DNA of 64,000 nucleotides from Squalus acanthias (lineage: Eukaryota). Shown here piece by piece: positions 38,490 to 50,880 of the stretch. The DNA is taken from positions 115,198,001 to 115,262,000 of the forward strand of contig CM059432.1 in NCBI GenBank assembly GCA_030390025.1, read 5' to 3'. The notes under the pieces are model-generated. The model did no database searches. It worked only from the letters and a program-made list of their open reading frames with translations, and was not told the DNA's origin. Position 1 is the first letter of the stretch; every line of letters begins with the position of its first letter. A program made the translations under genes and the position numbers.

Positions 38490-39161
38490 AGAGAGTTGGA
38501 ATAAATGGGTCATTTTCAGGTTGGCAAACTGTAACTGGTGGGGTGCCACAGGGATCAGTGCTGGGGCATCAACTATTTACAATCTATATTAATGACTTGG
38601 ATGAAGGGACCGAGTGAACTGTTGCCAAATTTGCTAACGATACAAAGATAGATGGGAAAGCAAGTTGTGAGGAGAAAGGTTCTGCAAATGGATATAGATA
38701 GGTTAAGTGAGTGGGCAAAAATTTGGCAGATGGTGTATAATGTGGGAAAATATGAGGTTATCCACTTTGGTAGGAAGAATAAAAAAGCAAAATATTATTT
38801 AAATGGAGAGAGACTACAAAATGCTGTGGTACAGAGGAATCTGGGGGTCCTCGTACATGAAACACAAAAAGTTAGCATGCAAGTAATTAGGAAGGCAAAT
38901 GGAATATTGGCCTTTATTGCAAGGGGGATGGAGTATAAAAGTAGGGAAGTCTTGCTACAACTGGTGAGACCACACTTGGAGTACTGCATGCAGTTTTGGT
39001 CTCCTTATTTAAGGAAGGATATACTTGCATTGGAGGCAGTTCAGAGAAGGTTCACTAGGTTGATTCCTGAGTTGAAGGGGTTGTCTTAGGAAAGGTTGAG
39101 CAGGTTGGGCCTATACTCATTGGAATTTAGAAGAATGAGAGTGATCTTATTGAAACATATC

Positions 39162-39815
39162 GGGGGCTAAATTCGGTTGATTTGCGCCTCCCGTTAGCAC
39201 CCTAAGAGGGCGCTAACTGGGCGCAAATCAAGTAGCGCCTGTGCGTGGCACCGCTAACGCATCCCGTGAAATTCATCAGGAGGTTAGCGGCGGCGCTAAC
39301 CATTAGCACCGCGCGGCGATGACGTCATCGCCGTGCGCAGCGCCCCGGCTCTAATACTGGGTGGCGCCCTCCGACTTACCGCCGGGCGTTATTTCCGCCG
39401 GGGTCAGGGGGGCCTACCTGCGGCCGGGGCGGCGCTAGTTAAAGGGGAGGTGGTGGGCGGCCATTTTTGTTGCTGGCCGCCTGCCAGTACCTGCCCCCGT
39501 TGCTGTCCCCGGCCCCCGTGAAGCCCCCCCCATGGGGTGCCAGCTGCTCTCTGTGAGCCCGGCACTCCCGATCCCTGGTGGCCCAGCTGGGGGCTGGGAT
39601 GTGCTGCGCCAGGCCCCTCCCCTTTAATAAGGGGAGAAAGGCCTGCAGTACCACAGCACGATTGGCTCGCAGCGCCCCAAGAGGGACGCGGGGCACTTCC
39701 AGTAGCGCCCCTCCTCCCTCTCGGGGCCCTTTCTGGGAAAGTGGAGGCGCTAACTTTTTCGGGGCTAAAATTAGCCCCCCGGCGAAGGTAGGGGGTGCTA
39801 CCCAATTTTTACCCC
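39162..39815. mobile_element. PIF/Harbinger-type MITE, GC/CpG-rich
   Basis: TIRs GGGGGCTAAATT / AATTTTTACCCC, flanks ATC/ATA, repeated GGCGCTAA motifs. Removing it restores CR1 GAAACATATAAGATTC. Confidence 0.85.
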
Positions 39816-40379
39816 ATAAGATTCTGAGGGGGCTTGACAGGGTAAATGCCGGGAGGATGTTTCCCCTTGTGGGGGAATCTAGAACTAGGGGGCATAGTTT
39901 CAGAATAAGGGGTCGCCCATTTAAAACGGAGATGAGGAGGAATTTGTTCTCTCAGAGGGTCGTGAATCTTTGGAATTCTCTACCCCAGAGAGCTGTGGAA
40001 GCTGAGTCATTGAATATATTCAAGGTGGAGATAGACAGATTTTTGAAAAACAGGGGAATCAAAGGTTATGGGGAGCGGGCAGGAAAGTGGAGTTGAGGCC
40101 AAGATCATATCAGCCATGATCTTATTGAATGGTGGAGCAGACTCGAGGGGCTCAATGGCCTACTCCTGCTCCTATTTCTTATGTTCTTCTGTTCTTAAGT
40201 AAATATATATATATATAAATATAAATAAATAAATAAGAGAATGAAAACCTTCCATGCCACCAAACAAGTGATCAGGGATACAAACAATAGAACAACGAAG
40301 CAGATGTTTGTTTCATCAGTAGATGCTACTTGTAGATGCAGGGCTATGAGGTTAGAGCAGGAGAATGAGACTAACTGGA

Positions 40380-41441
40380 TAGTGATTAAGAAGGCCAATG
40401 GAATGTTGGCTTTCATTGCTAGGGGGATAGAATATAAAAATAGGGAGGTATTGCTTCAGTTGTACAAGGTATTGGTGAGACCGCACCTGGAATACTGCAT
40501 ACAGTTTTGGTGTCCATACTTAAGAAAAGACATACTTGCTCTCGAGTCAGTACAAAGAAGGTTCACTCGGTTAATCCCGGGGATGAGGTGATGGACATAT
40601 GAGGAGAGGTTGGGTAGATTGGGACTCTACTCATTGGAGTTCAGAAGAATGAGAGGCGATCTTATTGAAACATATAAGATTGTGAAGGGGTTGGATCGGG
40701 TGGATGCGGGGAGGATGTTCCCGATGATGGGTGAAACTAGAACTAGGGGGCATAGTCTTAGAATAAGGGGCTGCTCTTTCAAAACTGAGATGAGAAGGAA
40801 CTACTTCACTCAGAGGGTGGTAGGTCCATGGAATATGCTGCCCCAAAAAGCTGTAGAAGCTACATCATTACATAAATTTAAAACAGAAATAGACAGTTTC
40901 CTAGAAGTAAAGGGAATTAAGGGTTACGGGGAGCGGGCAGGAATTTGGACATGAGTCTAGGTTCGGATCGGTCATGGCCCTGTGGGTAGCGTAGCGGGCC
41001 CAGGGGCCGTGTAGCCTGATCCTGCTCCTATTTCGTGTGTCCAATTCTGTTAGGTTCAGGAGATAGTTCTGGGATAGTAGATTGGCGGTTAGGATCAGAT
41101 CAGCCATGATCTTATTGAATGGCGGAGCAGGCTCGAGGGGCCAATTGGCCTACTCCTGCTCCTATTTCTTATGTTCTTATGTTCTTATAGCTCTTTCAAA
41201 GAGCTGGAACAGGCACAATGGGCTGAATGGCCTCCTTCCGTGCTGTGTTATTAGTGAGGGAGGCAGATTGAATCGTGGCTTTCAAAAGGGAATTGAATAA
41301 ATACCTGAAGGAAAAAAAAATTGCAGGGCCACGGGGAAAGGGCAGGCGAGTGGAACTAGCTGAAGTGCTCTTGCAGAGAGCCGGCACGGGCCCGACGGGC
41401 CGAATGGGCTTCTTCTGTGCTGTAACCATTCTATGATTCTA
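40380..41441 (+). mobile_element. CR1 3' fragment followed by two further stacked CR1 tails
   Basis: ORFs 40241..40591 and 40610..40954; tails end near 41185, 41250 and 41441 (ATTCTATGATTCTAT). Confidence 0.9.
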
Positions 41442-41619
41442 TAATTGTATGTTCTAAAATTGGAACAAACTCATGTCATCATTAAACTAATGACCATCCA
41501 TGATAGATCTATCGGTTGCAAGAAATTAATGACTTTCCCAATGATGTCTCCCATTCAATAGTAATTTCAAAAATAACTTGAAAGCTCCTGGCTCATTGCA
41601 GGCTGTTGCATAGCATCCC

Positions 41620-43830
41620 ATAATCTTGAACAGTTTCAATAGTGGTATCTTTTTATAAAAGCATTCTTATGAAGAGCCTGCTATTCAAACTGTTCAGAAC
41701 AACATGCAAAGCAAAATTGCAGCGGATTCAATCTGTCCATCATCCTCTCTGTGGAAAAAGAAAAGCTGCTCTACAAGCTGTCAGAACCTCATGTTGTGAA
41801 GGTTGGTTGATTTGAATTATTTGCTTGTAAGCAAGAAATTGTCAAAGGCAGAGGGGCTTCAGAATGCAGTTACATCAGGTATGAGAGCAAAAAAAAACCA
41901 CAAGAGCCACATAATAAGAATGGAAACATATATTAATACCAGAACATATTTTATCACAGGTTTAGTTCTCCTTTCAGGTGCCATTGTTCCAAGGGAAGTT
42001 AACAAATCTATTTTTGTTCCCAAACAAGGTGGTTATTTAAATTCTTGACTCTACTCGCACATATCAAGCCAAATATGAACACCTTTAGTACAAGATTATA
42101 TACAGGTTTTAAAATGAATTGTTACAGAAACAGTCCATTGAAATTTAGGAACAAAATAGATAAATATCCCAGTTAAATCCTACCTGTTCCAGATGAACAT
42201 GACTTTATGTCAAATACATGGACACGTAATTTTCAATAGGCAAAGTTACTGCTTTGTCAAGTCACAGTCTTGCAGTGTTAAGTCCAGTGATCCTGACCTT
42301 GTATATTCGTCCCAGGGACAGACGACAGCATTTGTACTTGTCCTAGAATTTTTCTGCCTCTTCTAGACAAGCAGTCTTGTTATGATCCTTGTATAATAAT
42401 AGCACAAAGCAGTTCATGACCTTACAACACAGCAGTCCCCCAAGTCTCTAACTCATCCCACAATACACTACAAAGTCAATAAGGTCTCATTTGTTGGATC
42501 AATACAATGCCAGGTTTTTGTCAGGAGGTAGACTTCTTGCTGTGGCAATCTTGTTCAATGCCATGGCAAACTGCTGTGGCTGCATATGGCTTGCAAGGGA
42601 TTGGGCAGTCCTTCGTCCCTCTGTTTCACTGCTGAAATTGCTGTATGAATCTCCGTGTAAAAAGACATTCTTTAATTCTTTAAACCTTTCTGTTAAAGCT
42701 AAACATATGACCTGAACCCCCTCTCATCACTTTGCAACGATTGTCAGATAGAATCATAGAAATTTACGGCACAGAAGGAGGCCATTCGGCCCATCGTGTC
42801 TGTGCCGGCCGAAAAAGAACCATCCAGCCTAATGCCACTTTCCAGCTCTTGGTCCGTAGCCCTGTAGGTTACAGCACTTCAAGTGCATATTCAAGTACTT
42901 TTTAAATGTGATGAGGGTTTCTGCCTCTATCACCCTTTCAGGCAGTGAGTCCCAGACCCCCACCACCCTCTGGGTGAAAGAATTTCTCCTCAACTCCCCT
43001 CTAATCCTTCTACCAATTACTTTAAATCTATGCCCCCTGGTTAGTGACCTCTCTGCTAAGGGAAATAGGTCCTTCCTATCCACTCTATCTAGGCCCCTCA
43101 TAATTTTATACACCTCAATGAAGTCTCCCCTCAGCCGCCTCTTTTCCAAAGAAAACAACCCCAGCCTAGCCAATCTTTCCTCATAGCTAAAATTCCCCAG
43201 CCCAGGCAACATCCTCGTAAGTCTCCTCTGTACCCCCTCTAGTGCAATCCTTCCTGTAATGTGGTGACCAGAACTGTATGCAGTATTCTAGCTGTGGTAA
43301 CTAATGTTTTATACAGTTCAAGCATAACCTTCCTGCTCTTATATTCTATGCCTCGGCTAATAAAGGAAAGTATCCCGTATGCCTTCTTAACCACCTTATC
43401 TACCTGTCCTGCTGCCTTCAGGGATCTGTGGACATGCACTCTAAGGTCCCTCTGTTCCTCTACACTTCTCAGTATCCAGATAAGCACAAAACCAACAAAA
43501 GCACTGCAAGTCCTGTAGATAACATCACAAGTTACAGTACAGCATGGCCACAAGCTTACAGCATTATACTGAGGAGGTACAATGCAGCACAGAAAGATCA
43601 GGAATAGGTAAAGTTTTATGTAGACAGGCAAGATCAGTCTCGTTCATGAAAAGAAACCTTAGCAAACTGATATGTATGAACATCAGAAATAATGGGAAAT
43701 GCCATTTGATCCATTCTTTTGAGATTGTGTAATGGAGCTGGGGACGGCACCGAGGGGCACCGTTGGTCCAGCACTGAGATGGGTGAACCAGAGTGGCACT
43801 GATCTTCACCTGCAAGTGCGAATAAGCAGA
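41620..43830 (-). pseudogene. Decayed tyrosine-recombinase-like reading frame interrupted by a CR1
   Basis: One frame runs from 43833 to about 42130 once the CR1 and one CAGATA copy are removed; many stops are TGA/TAG/TAA, compatible with C>T decay. Motif-like words: (R)DLIDFVVYCGMS*RLGGLL, YKVRITGLNTA, YLT..YLFCS, later HNMR and TIETVQDY. Confidence 0.45.
42751..43476 (-). mobile_element. CR1 LINE 3' fragment with 6-bp TSD
   Basis: ORF 42829..43212; TSD CAGATA at 42745-42750 and 43477-43482. Confidence 0.95.
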
Positions 43831-43996
43831 CACTGCCCTGAATTAATATATATCATGGGCGACAAATTGAACTTCAATTTCTGAAGCTAATAAATGATAA
43901 AGGAAAGACTGTACAGTACAACAGAATAATAACAATAATAACAACAGAAAACGCTGGAAAAACTCAGCAGGCCAGGCAGCATCCGTGGAGAGAGAG

Positions 43997-44033
43997 AGTT
44001 AACGTTTCAGGTCGATGACCTTTCGTCAGAACT
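43997..44033 (-). ncRNA. Minimal type I hammerhead ribozyme motif, sense to RIMS2
   Basis: Same 37-nt motif as 16954-16990. Confidence 0.8.
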
Positions 44034-44608
44034 GTGAAGAGCCGGAAATCAAATAGATTTAAGGCCAGAGTAAAGCTGGGAAAAGGGGGAGGGGATAAAA
44101 GAACAAAGGGGGAGATGAAGAGACATTAAGAGATATGCAAGGCTAGAGGTGGTGTTAATGTGACAGATTAAGGCTGAAAGAAGTGTGAAATCCACTGGCA
44201 GAATGAAGGACAGCTGCCAGCTTCTAGGAGGAAAAAAAAGGTGGGGGGGGGGCAAATAAAAGGGTGGAAAAAATAAAATATAAATGTGATTGGAGCTGAG
44301 GTTATGATCTAAAATTGTTGAACTCGATATTGAGTCCAGAGGGCTGTAGCGTGCCTAAACGAAAGATGAGGTGCTGTTCCTCGAGCTTACGCTGCGCTTC
44401 CGTGGAACAGTGTAATAGGCCGAGGACGGTGAGCCAGTGGATTTCACACTTCTTTCAGCCTTAATCTGTCACATTAACACCACCTCTAGCCTTGCATATC
44501 TCTTAATGTCTCTTAATGTCTCTTCATCTCCCCCTTTGTTCTTTTATCCCCTCCCCCTTTTCCCAGCTTTACTCTGGCCTTAAATCTATTTGATTTCCGG
44601 CTCTTCAC

Positions 44609-44645
44609 AGTTCTGACGAAAGGTCATCGACCTGAAACGTTAACT
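44609..44645 (+). ncRNA. Minimal type I hammerhead ribozyme motif
   Basis: AGTT-CTGACGA-AAGGTCATCGACCT-GAAACGTT-AACT. Confidence 0.8.
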
Positions 44646-45339
44646 CTCTTTCTCTCTCCACGGATGCTGCTGAGTTTTTCCAGCGTTTTCTGTTGTTATT
44701 TCAGATTTCCAGCATCCGCAGTATTTTGCTATCAGAATAATAACAATGTTGTTTATGTCTTTAATGATGACTTTAATTTCTGTAGCTAAAATCTGGTAAG
44801 GGAATGGTACAAAGTAATGATCATGATGTTGTAAATTTGTTTAATGTTGAATAAATCCAATTAAAAAAAAGTATTATCTGTGCGGAACACGGATGGTTAG
44901 CACGTACAAAGTGAGAGCCATAGGCAGCAAATTTAGATTTGGACACACCCTTTCCACATATTACTTCCACTCCTTGCATGTGCATTTCTTGGGGGGAGTG
45001 GCTGGGAGCGTGCTCCCTGGATAATTTTGAATTTTACATTAAAAATCCCAGGATGGAAACCAGGTACAACGAGTGTTCGGACTGGATATTGGCACTACTG
45101 TGTGGTAACCCTGCTTCCGACCAACACCTTCTTCAACCGTGATTCCCCCCAGGGACATGGGATAAGTGAACTTGCATATGTGTTCATTCTGGTTCATTTT
45201 AGGTGATTTTTATTGTAGAATTGATCGATTTTTAATCTAATAAAAATTATAGAAACAAAGGTGGAATTTGGGTTTATCTGTATTTGGCAGATCGATTGGC
45301 ACATCACTTCCATTAAAAACTATGAATAAGCTACTCCAT

Positions 45340-45590
45340 CCCCAGTTCACAGAGGCACTGACCTCTCTCTCTCTCTCTTCATGGGAGGTATCTCCCCTCT
45401 GCTTTCATTTCACAGAGGGACTCGTGCCCTCTCCTCCTTCAGAGAGGCACTCTTTCCCTCTTTTCCTGGTTCACTGAGGCACTCTTCCTCTCTCTGCTCA
45501 GCTCAGTGTCACTGTCCCCCTTTGCCCTTCACAGAACTACTCATCTCTCAACCGTTATGGCGGCACTTTCCCCTTGTCGACAGAGGCATT
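45340..45590. repeat. Degenerate tandem repeat, core TTCACAGAGGCACTC plus pyrimidine tract
   Basis: About 6-7 diverged units visible. Confidence 0.6.
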
Positions 45591-46592
45591 CTCGCCAATG
45601 CTGCTGGGTTATTCCGCCTTTGAAACTGACCGCAATTCGGGATTTAGCGCATACGCAACCTAATGCGGAAATCTTGAAGTTGCGGTCTGTCATTCACTGC
45701 TCCGACACAGGCTGCACTGTGCTCCTCCCCACCACGCCGGCAATCAGTGAAATCTCTCAAATCAGGGAAACTGACGAAAACCTCGGCTCTTCCGCAGTAA
45801 TTATGCTGTTAAATTCCCCACGAAAAGTTAGACCCAAAGGGATTAGGTGTAACTGGGGATTTAACAGCGTATTGACCGCTAAACATTGGTATGGCCCTGA
45901 AAAACTAATTTTCATTTTTTGCAGTGTCAAATAAAAAATTTTATTTAATTTTTTTTTTAAAGTTTATTCACCTTTATTTCAGGTTTGCCTTTTCCCCATG
46001 TGAGAGCCCCAATCTTTCTTTTGCTCTCTCTAACTATTTTAAAAAGTTAGAATTTTAAGAGCTTACTCACTTCCTTGTTCGCTGAGAATTCTGCCTTTTC
46101 ATTGGCTGCTTAGACAGCTTGTTGATGCCACAGCAGCTCGAACAAGGGGGGTCCCCACTACAGTCCGCCGAATTGAATTGAAGTGAAGGTCAGAAAACCC
46201 AAAGTTCTCGACACAGGGATTGCGAGATCTTTGTGCGGAGCGTACTTCGGGGCCAGCAGCAAACGCCTTCGCTTCGTTGCTGACGAGTGGAGCATAAATG
46301 CTGGCACGGACCGGTTGGGCCATATATCCCATGTAATCCTATGAACTTTAAGAGCTTACTCACTTCCTGGTTCACTGTCTGTGAGAATTCTGCATTTTTA
46401 TTGGCTGCTTAGACAGTTTGATGACATCACAGCAGCTCGCACTGGGGAATCCCCACCATACTCCATTGATTTGAATTACGAGTCGGAAAACCCAAAGTTC
46501 TTGACAAAGAGATTGTGAGATGTTTGTGTGAAGCTTACTCCAGGGCCAGCGGCAAATGCCTTCGCTTCGCCGCTGACCGCAAATTCCGGGCC
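45590..46592. mobile_element. Harbinger-type MITE with internal duplication
   Basis: Right TIR AAATTCCGGGCC; 46055-46284 is repeated at 46348-46577. Confidence 0.6.
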
Positions 46593-48175
46593 ATAGAATT
46601 TTACAGCATAGAAGCAGGCCATGCGGCCCAACTGGTCCATGCCGGTGTTTATGCTCCACACGAGCCTCCTTCTGCCTTCCCTCATCTCACCCTGTCAACA
46701 TGTCCTTCTATTCCTTTCTCCCTCATGTGTTTATCTAGCTTCCCCTTAATTACATCTATGCTATTCGCCTTAATCACTCCCTGTGGTAGTGAGTTCCGCA
46801 GTCTCACCACTCTCTGAGTAAAGAAATTTCTCCTGAATTACTTACTAGATTTATTAGTGACTATCTTATATTTATGGCCCCTAGTTTTGGACACCACAAG
46901 AGTAGATACATCTTCTCTACGTCTACCCTATCGAACCTCTTCATAATTTTGGAGACATCTATCAGGTCACCCCTCAGCCTTCTCTTTTCCAGAGAAAAGA
47001 GCTCCCGCCAGTTCAGTCTTTCCTGATAGTTGTACCCTTTTAGATCTGGTATCATCCTTGTAAATCTATTTTGCACTTTCTCCACTGCTTCTATCTCCTT
47101 TTTATAATATGACCAAAACTGTGCTCAGTACTCTAAGTGTGATCTAACCAAGATTCTATACAAGTCTAAGATAATGGCCCGGATTTTACAGGGCCTATGC
47201 CCACGTACGCACAGCAAATGCCCACGAAACTCTTATGCCTGGTAAAAGCAGGTGTAGGACCTTCTTTTACCAGTCTAAGGGTGTAAATAAATATTAAAAT
47301 AAATTTTTAAAAATCATTTAAACATTTAAAAACTTTTTGGCCCCTTTAAAAATGTTTACATTTATTTTTCAAAAAATTAAATTTTTGTTTTAAATGTTTA
47401 ATTAAATTGTATTTGAATTAATTTTAAACTTGTGGTGATTTATTTTTATTTAGGTTGTGTGAAAGTGTGTTTTTTAGGGGATTCCTATTATGCTTATGGG
47501 GACTCCGTATATAAATGGAATCACCATAAGCATAATGGGAATCCCCCTTTTTGATTGGTTTGGTTGGACCGGCCCACGTGATCCCAGGGACGCTTGCGCT
47601 CCTCGGATACGTGGGCCTTTACACAGGCGTACGCCTGCAGGCCCAGGACTGCAAGAGTCCGAAGATACAGAGGCACCAGGTAGATGCGTACTTTTCTTGT
47701 GGATCAGAGGCATTCACTCGCGGGAAGCCTCCCACTGCAATTTCAGGTCCAATATCTCTGCTTTTGAATTCTACTCCTCTAGAAATGAACCTGTGCTTCA
47801 TTTGAACTTTTTAACTTTTATGGCTATGTTAACCTGCGTTGCTACTTTTAGTGAGTTGTGAATCTGTACCCCTAGATCCCTTTGCACCTCTTATCTTCCA
47901 AGGAGTAGGTCACCTCCTTATTCCTCCTATTCACCACCTCACACTAATCTATACTGAAATTCATTTGCCATTTACACGCCCATTCTGCAAATTTGCTAAT
48001 GTCTTCTCGTATTTTATCGCAGTCTTCCTCAGTATTAACTATACCCCACAAATATTGATATTGTACTTCTGATTCCAGAGTCCAAATCATTTATGTAAAT
48101 GGTGAACAACAGTGGTCCCAGCACCGATCACTGTGGAACACCACTTCCCACCTTCTGCCAGTCTGAGTAAATACC
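46593..48175 (-). mobile_element. CR1 LINE fragment interrupted by a MITE
   Basis: ORF 46861..47085; RT remnants to 48170 (GVPQ.SVLGPLLFTIY). Confidence 0.88.
47176..47750. mobile_element. PIF/Harbinger-type MITE
   Basis: TIRs GGCCCGGATTTT / AATTTCAGGTCC; exact 3-bp TSD AAT (47173-47175, 47751-47753). Confidence 0.85.
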
Positions 48176-50659
48176 TTATCAGGCATGGAATCTGTTTACA
48201 ATGGACTGAAAGCAGTGTGGGCACATTATATACCCACTATATGTGGGCAAGTGTATTACGACAGCATGCAAATGATGGGAAATACATATTTCATCCTTTG
48301 TGCCCTGGCACTGCAAGGATGGCTGTGTGTTCCTTGTGTCCAGCACTTCTAAGGACCTTGGGGCTGCAATTAAAATTTAAAAGATTGGTTTCTTGAAAGA
48401 TTTCAGGAATGCAAATGTGTCAGCACTGGAACTTAAAAAAAAATCTGTTGGATCGAAACTGCAGGCCCATTAACACTGCGGCAAGGCACCCAGTGATTCT
48501 CCATCCCCCACTGCCGCGCCCCCCCCACCCAAATACCAGAGGCAGGCAGCACTGTAAATGGTGCAGGTGCCCATCCACAATAGCTGAATGTCCCTGATCC
48601 AGGGATATGGGTTGGGGGTCATAGGTGCTTCCATGGAAGTTCCTGCCCTACCCAGATCCACACAGAAACAGATCTTCCTGAAATATCTGAGTTCTATCTG
48701 TTTAACCATCATGTCGGCATCCTCCTCTCTCCTAAACCATTCAGACATTTTCAAACATGAGGGGTGCTATATTATTGCAAGCTGTTGTTCTTGTTATTGC
48801 TGTTTCATGAGCTATCTGTTACACTAGTTTGACACTGGTGTATGGTGATAATAATGTGCGATAACGATGGAAGGAATGTACTACACAAGATAGAACTGTA
48901 GATCTGCCAAGCAATGTCATGAATCAGGTGTCTCCCATTTGGCACCCATTTGGTTACTGAGCATCTGGAATGCTACTCAAGACACACCAGTCACAGAATG
49001 GGGAGGAGCCCCACTCATTTACATAACATTTGGGGCCTTAATAAACCTTTCATACAATTTGTGCATGAGCTTACAGCACTGCCAACACTTTGGGGCCCAT
49101 ACTGGGGACCCAGAATGCATCGGTGCATAGTGGGCCTCAGACCTCTGCGTACGTTAATACCGGGTGTCGCCATTACATTATCAGCCCATTAACTCAGGCT
49201 TTATATTTTAATTATTTCAATGTCAGCATGTTTCAAGGTGAAATTAACTCAATTCCCTTGTAACATCCTGTAAAAGTACTAAGGGTAATATCCAAGAATT
49301 TCCTGAAATTTCCCGTCATTCAAAAATGCTGAATAATGTCAGCAATGGTACGAAGGATCCAAAACTATCAAAGATGTCTTCCAATTAGAAGAGCCCAATC
49401 CAAGAATCAGAAGATGACTTGGCTGCCATACCTGCACCTTCCAAATCACGGTCAAAAATGATCAGGGTATCAGTATCATTTTAGCCTCATAAAGTATAAG
49501 CCAGGGTAAAATGTGCCCTTGGCACGATCGAAGAGTGAATCATTTTCTAGTTGATACTTTCACTTTCAGTGCAGTCATTTATCTAAGCTCACTTCCAGGT
49601 ATTTTTGTCTATTTTGCTGCTCAATCTTGTTCCCAGTCTGTCATTCCTATGTTCAATTTGTGTTCAGTAACTCAGCTTTGGGACTAATTATGCCGCCAAG
49701 TTGCAGGGCCTTCTGAGCTGCAATGCATCAGGTGTATGGCATGCAAGTAGCTTGAGTCCACAGTGTCACTTATTTAAATACTGTAATATATGTGGGTAGA
49801 ACAAATGAAGGACAGAGACGCAATGAGTTGCTAATCAAGGTGCTTGTTTACTAGGCCAGAAGGAACTGAGTATACTCATACTAAACCATGTGACAAACCA
49901 TGTGATAATACATTACAAATACGTTGAGTTCATTCCTCGTGCACAGTGGCCTAAGCATAGGGGACACACTTGATGTGTTGGTAATCCTGGGAAAACGTAA
50001 GGTACTGCAGTCACTTAAAGGCAAATCACTGCATGGGGGTGGAGCAAAAATTGTTAAAGCCTTTAGAAGGTTCAAAATAGTTTTTATACATTTATTAGCC
50101 TTTCCAAAGGCTGCATGATGGGAAAGAACTGGCTGACAAAAAAACAAGAATCATCAACCCCAATGTGGAGGCATGAAACCAACTCAGCATACTATCAACC
50201 CCTTTTTGATAACTGGCTCAGGGGTTTGTATCATCGCATTGTTATGTCTCATCTCCCTTCACATTCACTGTCACACAGGCATACACACAACCACCATAAC
50301 AGCGCACGCAGTACATCAGAAAGCAAGTTCTATTTAAGGGTATGTCTTGCGGTCAACATTCTCACATTTCATCAATTTTTTCAATCACCAGCACAGCTAC
50401 ACATACTCCAGAGGATGTAGTTAATGAGCTGGAGGAGGTAGCACTGAGTGAGGAAGAACAAGTGGTTGTGGCTGCTAGAGGAGCCAGTCAGATGGTCACG
50501 TGGCTACCATCAGTGACACCCTGCACATTCTCAAATGCAGCAGTACACTGAAATTAGGCAGCCACGTCATACTCCTATTGGCCTTGGGGAGCAAAAGGAA
50601 ATGAAAGTGACGGCTGTTGGATCAGTTGGTTTGATACAAGGGTGGCCAGCTCATTAGCT

Positions 50660-50880
50660 GACATTGCAATGTTAGCCTGGAATGAGTCAGAAAAGTTGAG
50701 GCAGTGATGGTCTTACTTGCCACTAACTGTATTATGTCTAATTTGCAGGTTGGCTGCAGACGTCCTTGAAGCAAACAGCAAAGCTCTGCAATTGGCTCCA
50801 TACTGACCCAGAGCCTGCTGAGGCAATCGTCCTTGGTCATTGGCAGCCAGGTGTGCCAAGATGTGATTTGGTGGCATATT
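50660..50880 (-). pseudogene. Harbinger (HARBI1-like) transposase N-terminal relic
   Basis: ORF 50622..50912 contains MTKDDCLSRLWVSMEPIAELCCLLQGRLQP...VASKTITASTF, resembling the recalled MS.EQC.RRLR.S...V.ELC.LL...LQP...VAVKVT.AL.F pattern. Confidence 0.65.

Larger units (their letters stand above)
37520..40195 (+). mobile_element. CR1 LINE RT-to-3' fragment interrupted by two MITEs
   Basis: VPHKRLL..WLTDRKQ | [24 protein letters not shown] 38652..39089, then KILRGLDRV..GKWS and tail. Confidence 0.93.
43937..44732. mobile_element. Penelope-like element: inverted pLTRs around a GIY-YIG endonuclease C-terminus
   Basis: Arms ~43937-44199 / 44433-44700; 15-bp TSD CAGAATAATAACAAT (43922-43936, 44733-44747); minus 44433-44302 encodes LTVLGLLHCSTEAQRKLEEQHLIFRLGTLQPSGLNIEFNNFRS*. 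Confidence 0.93.
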
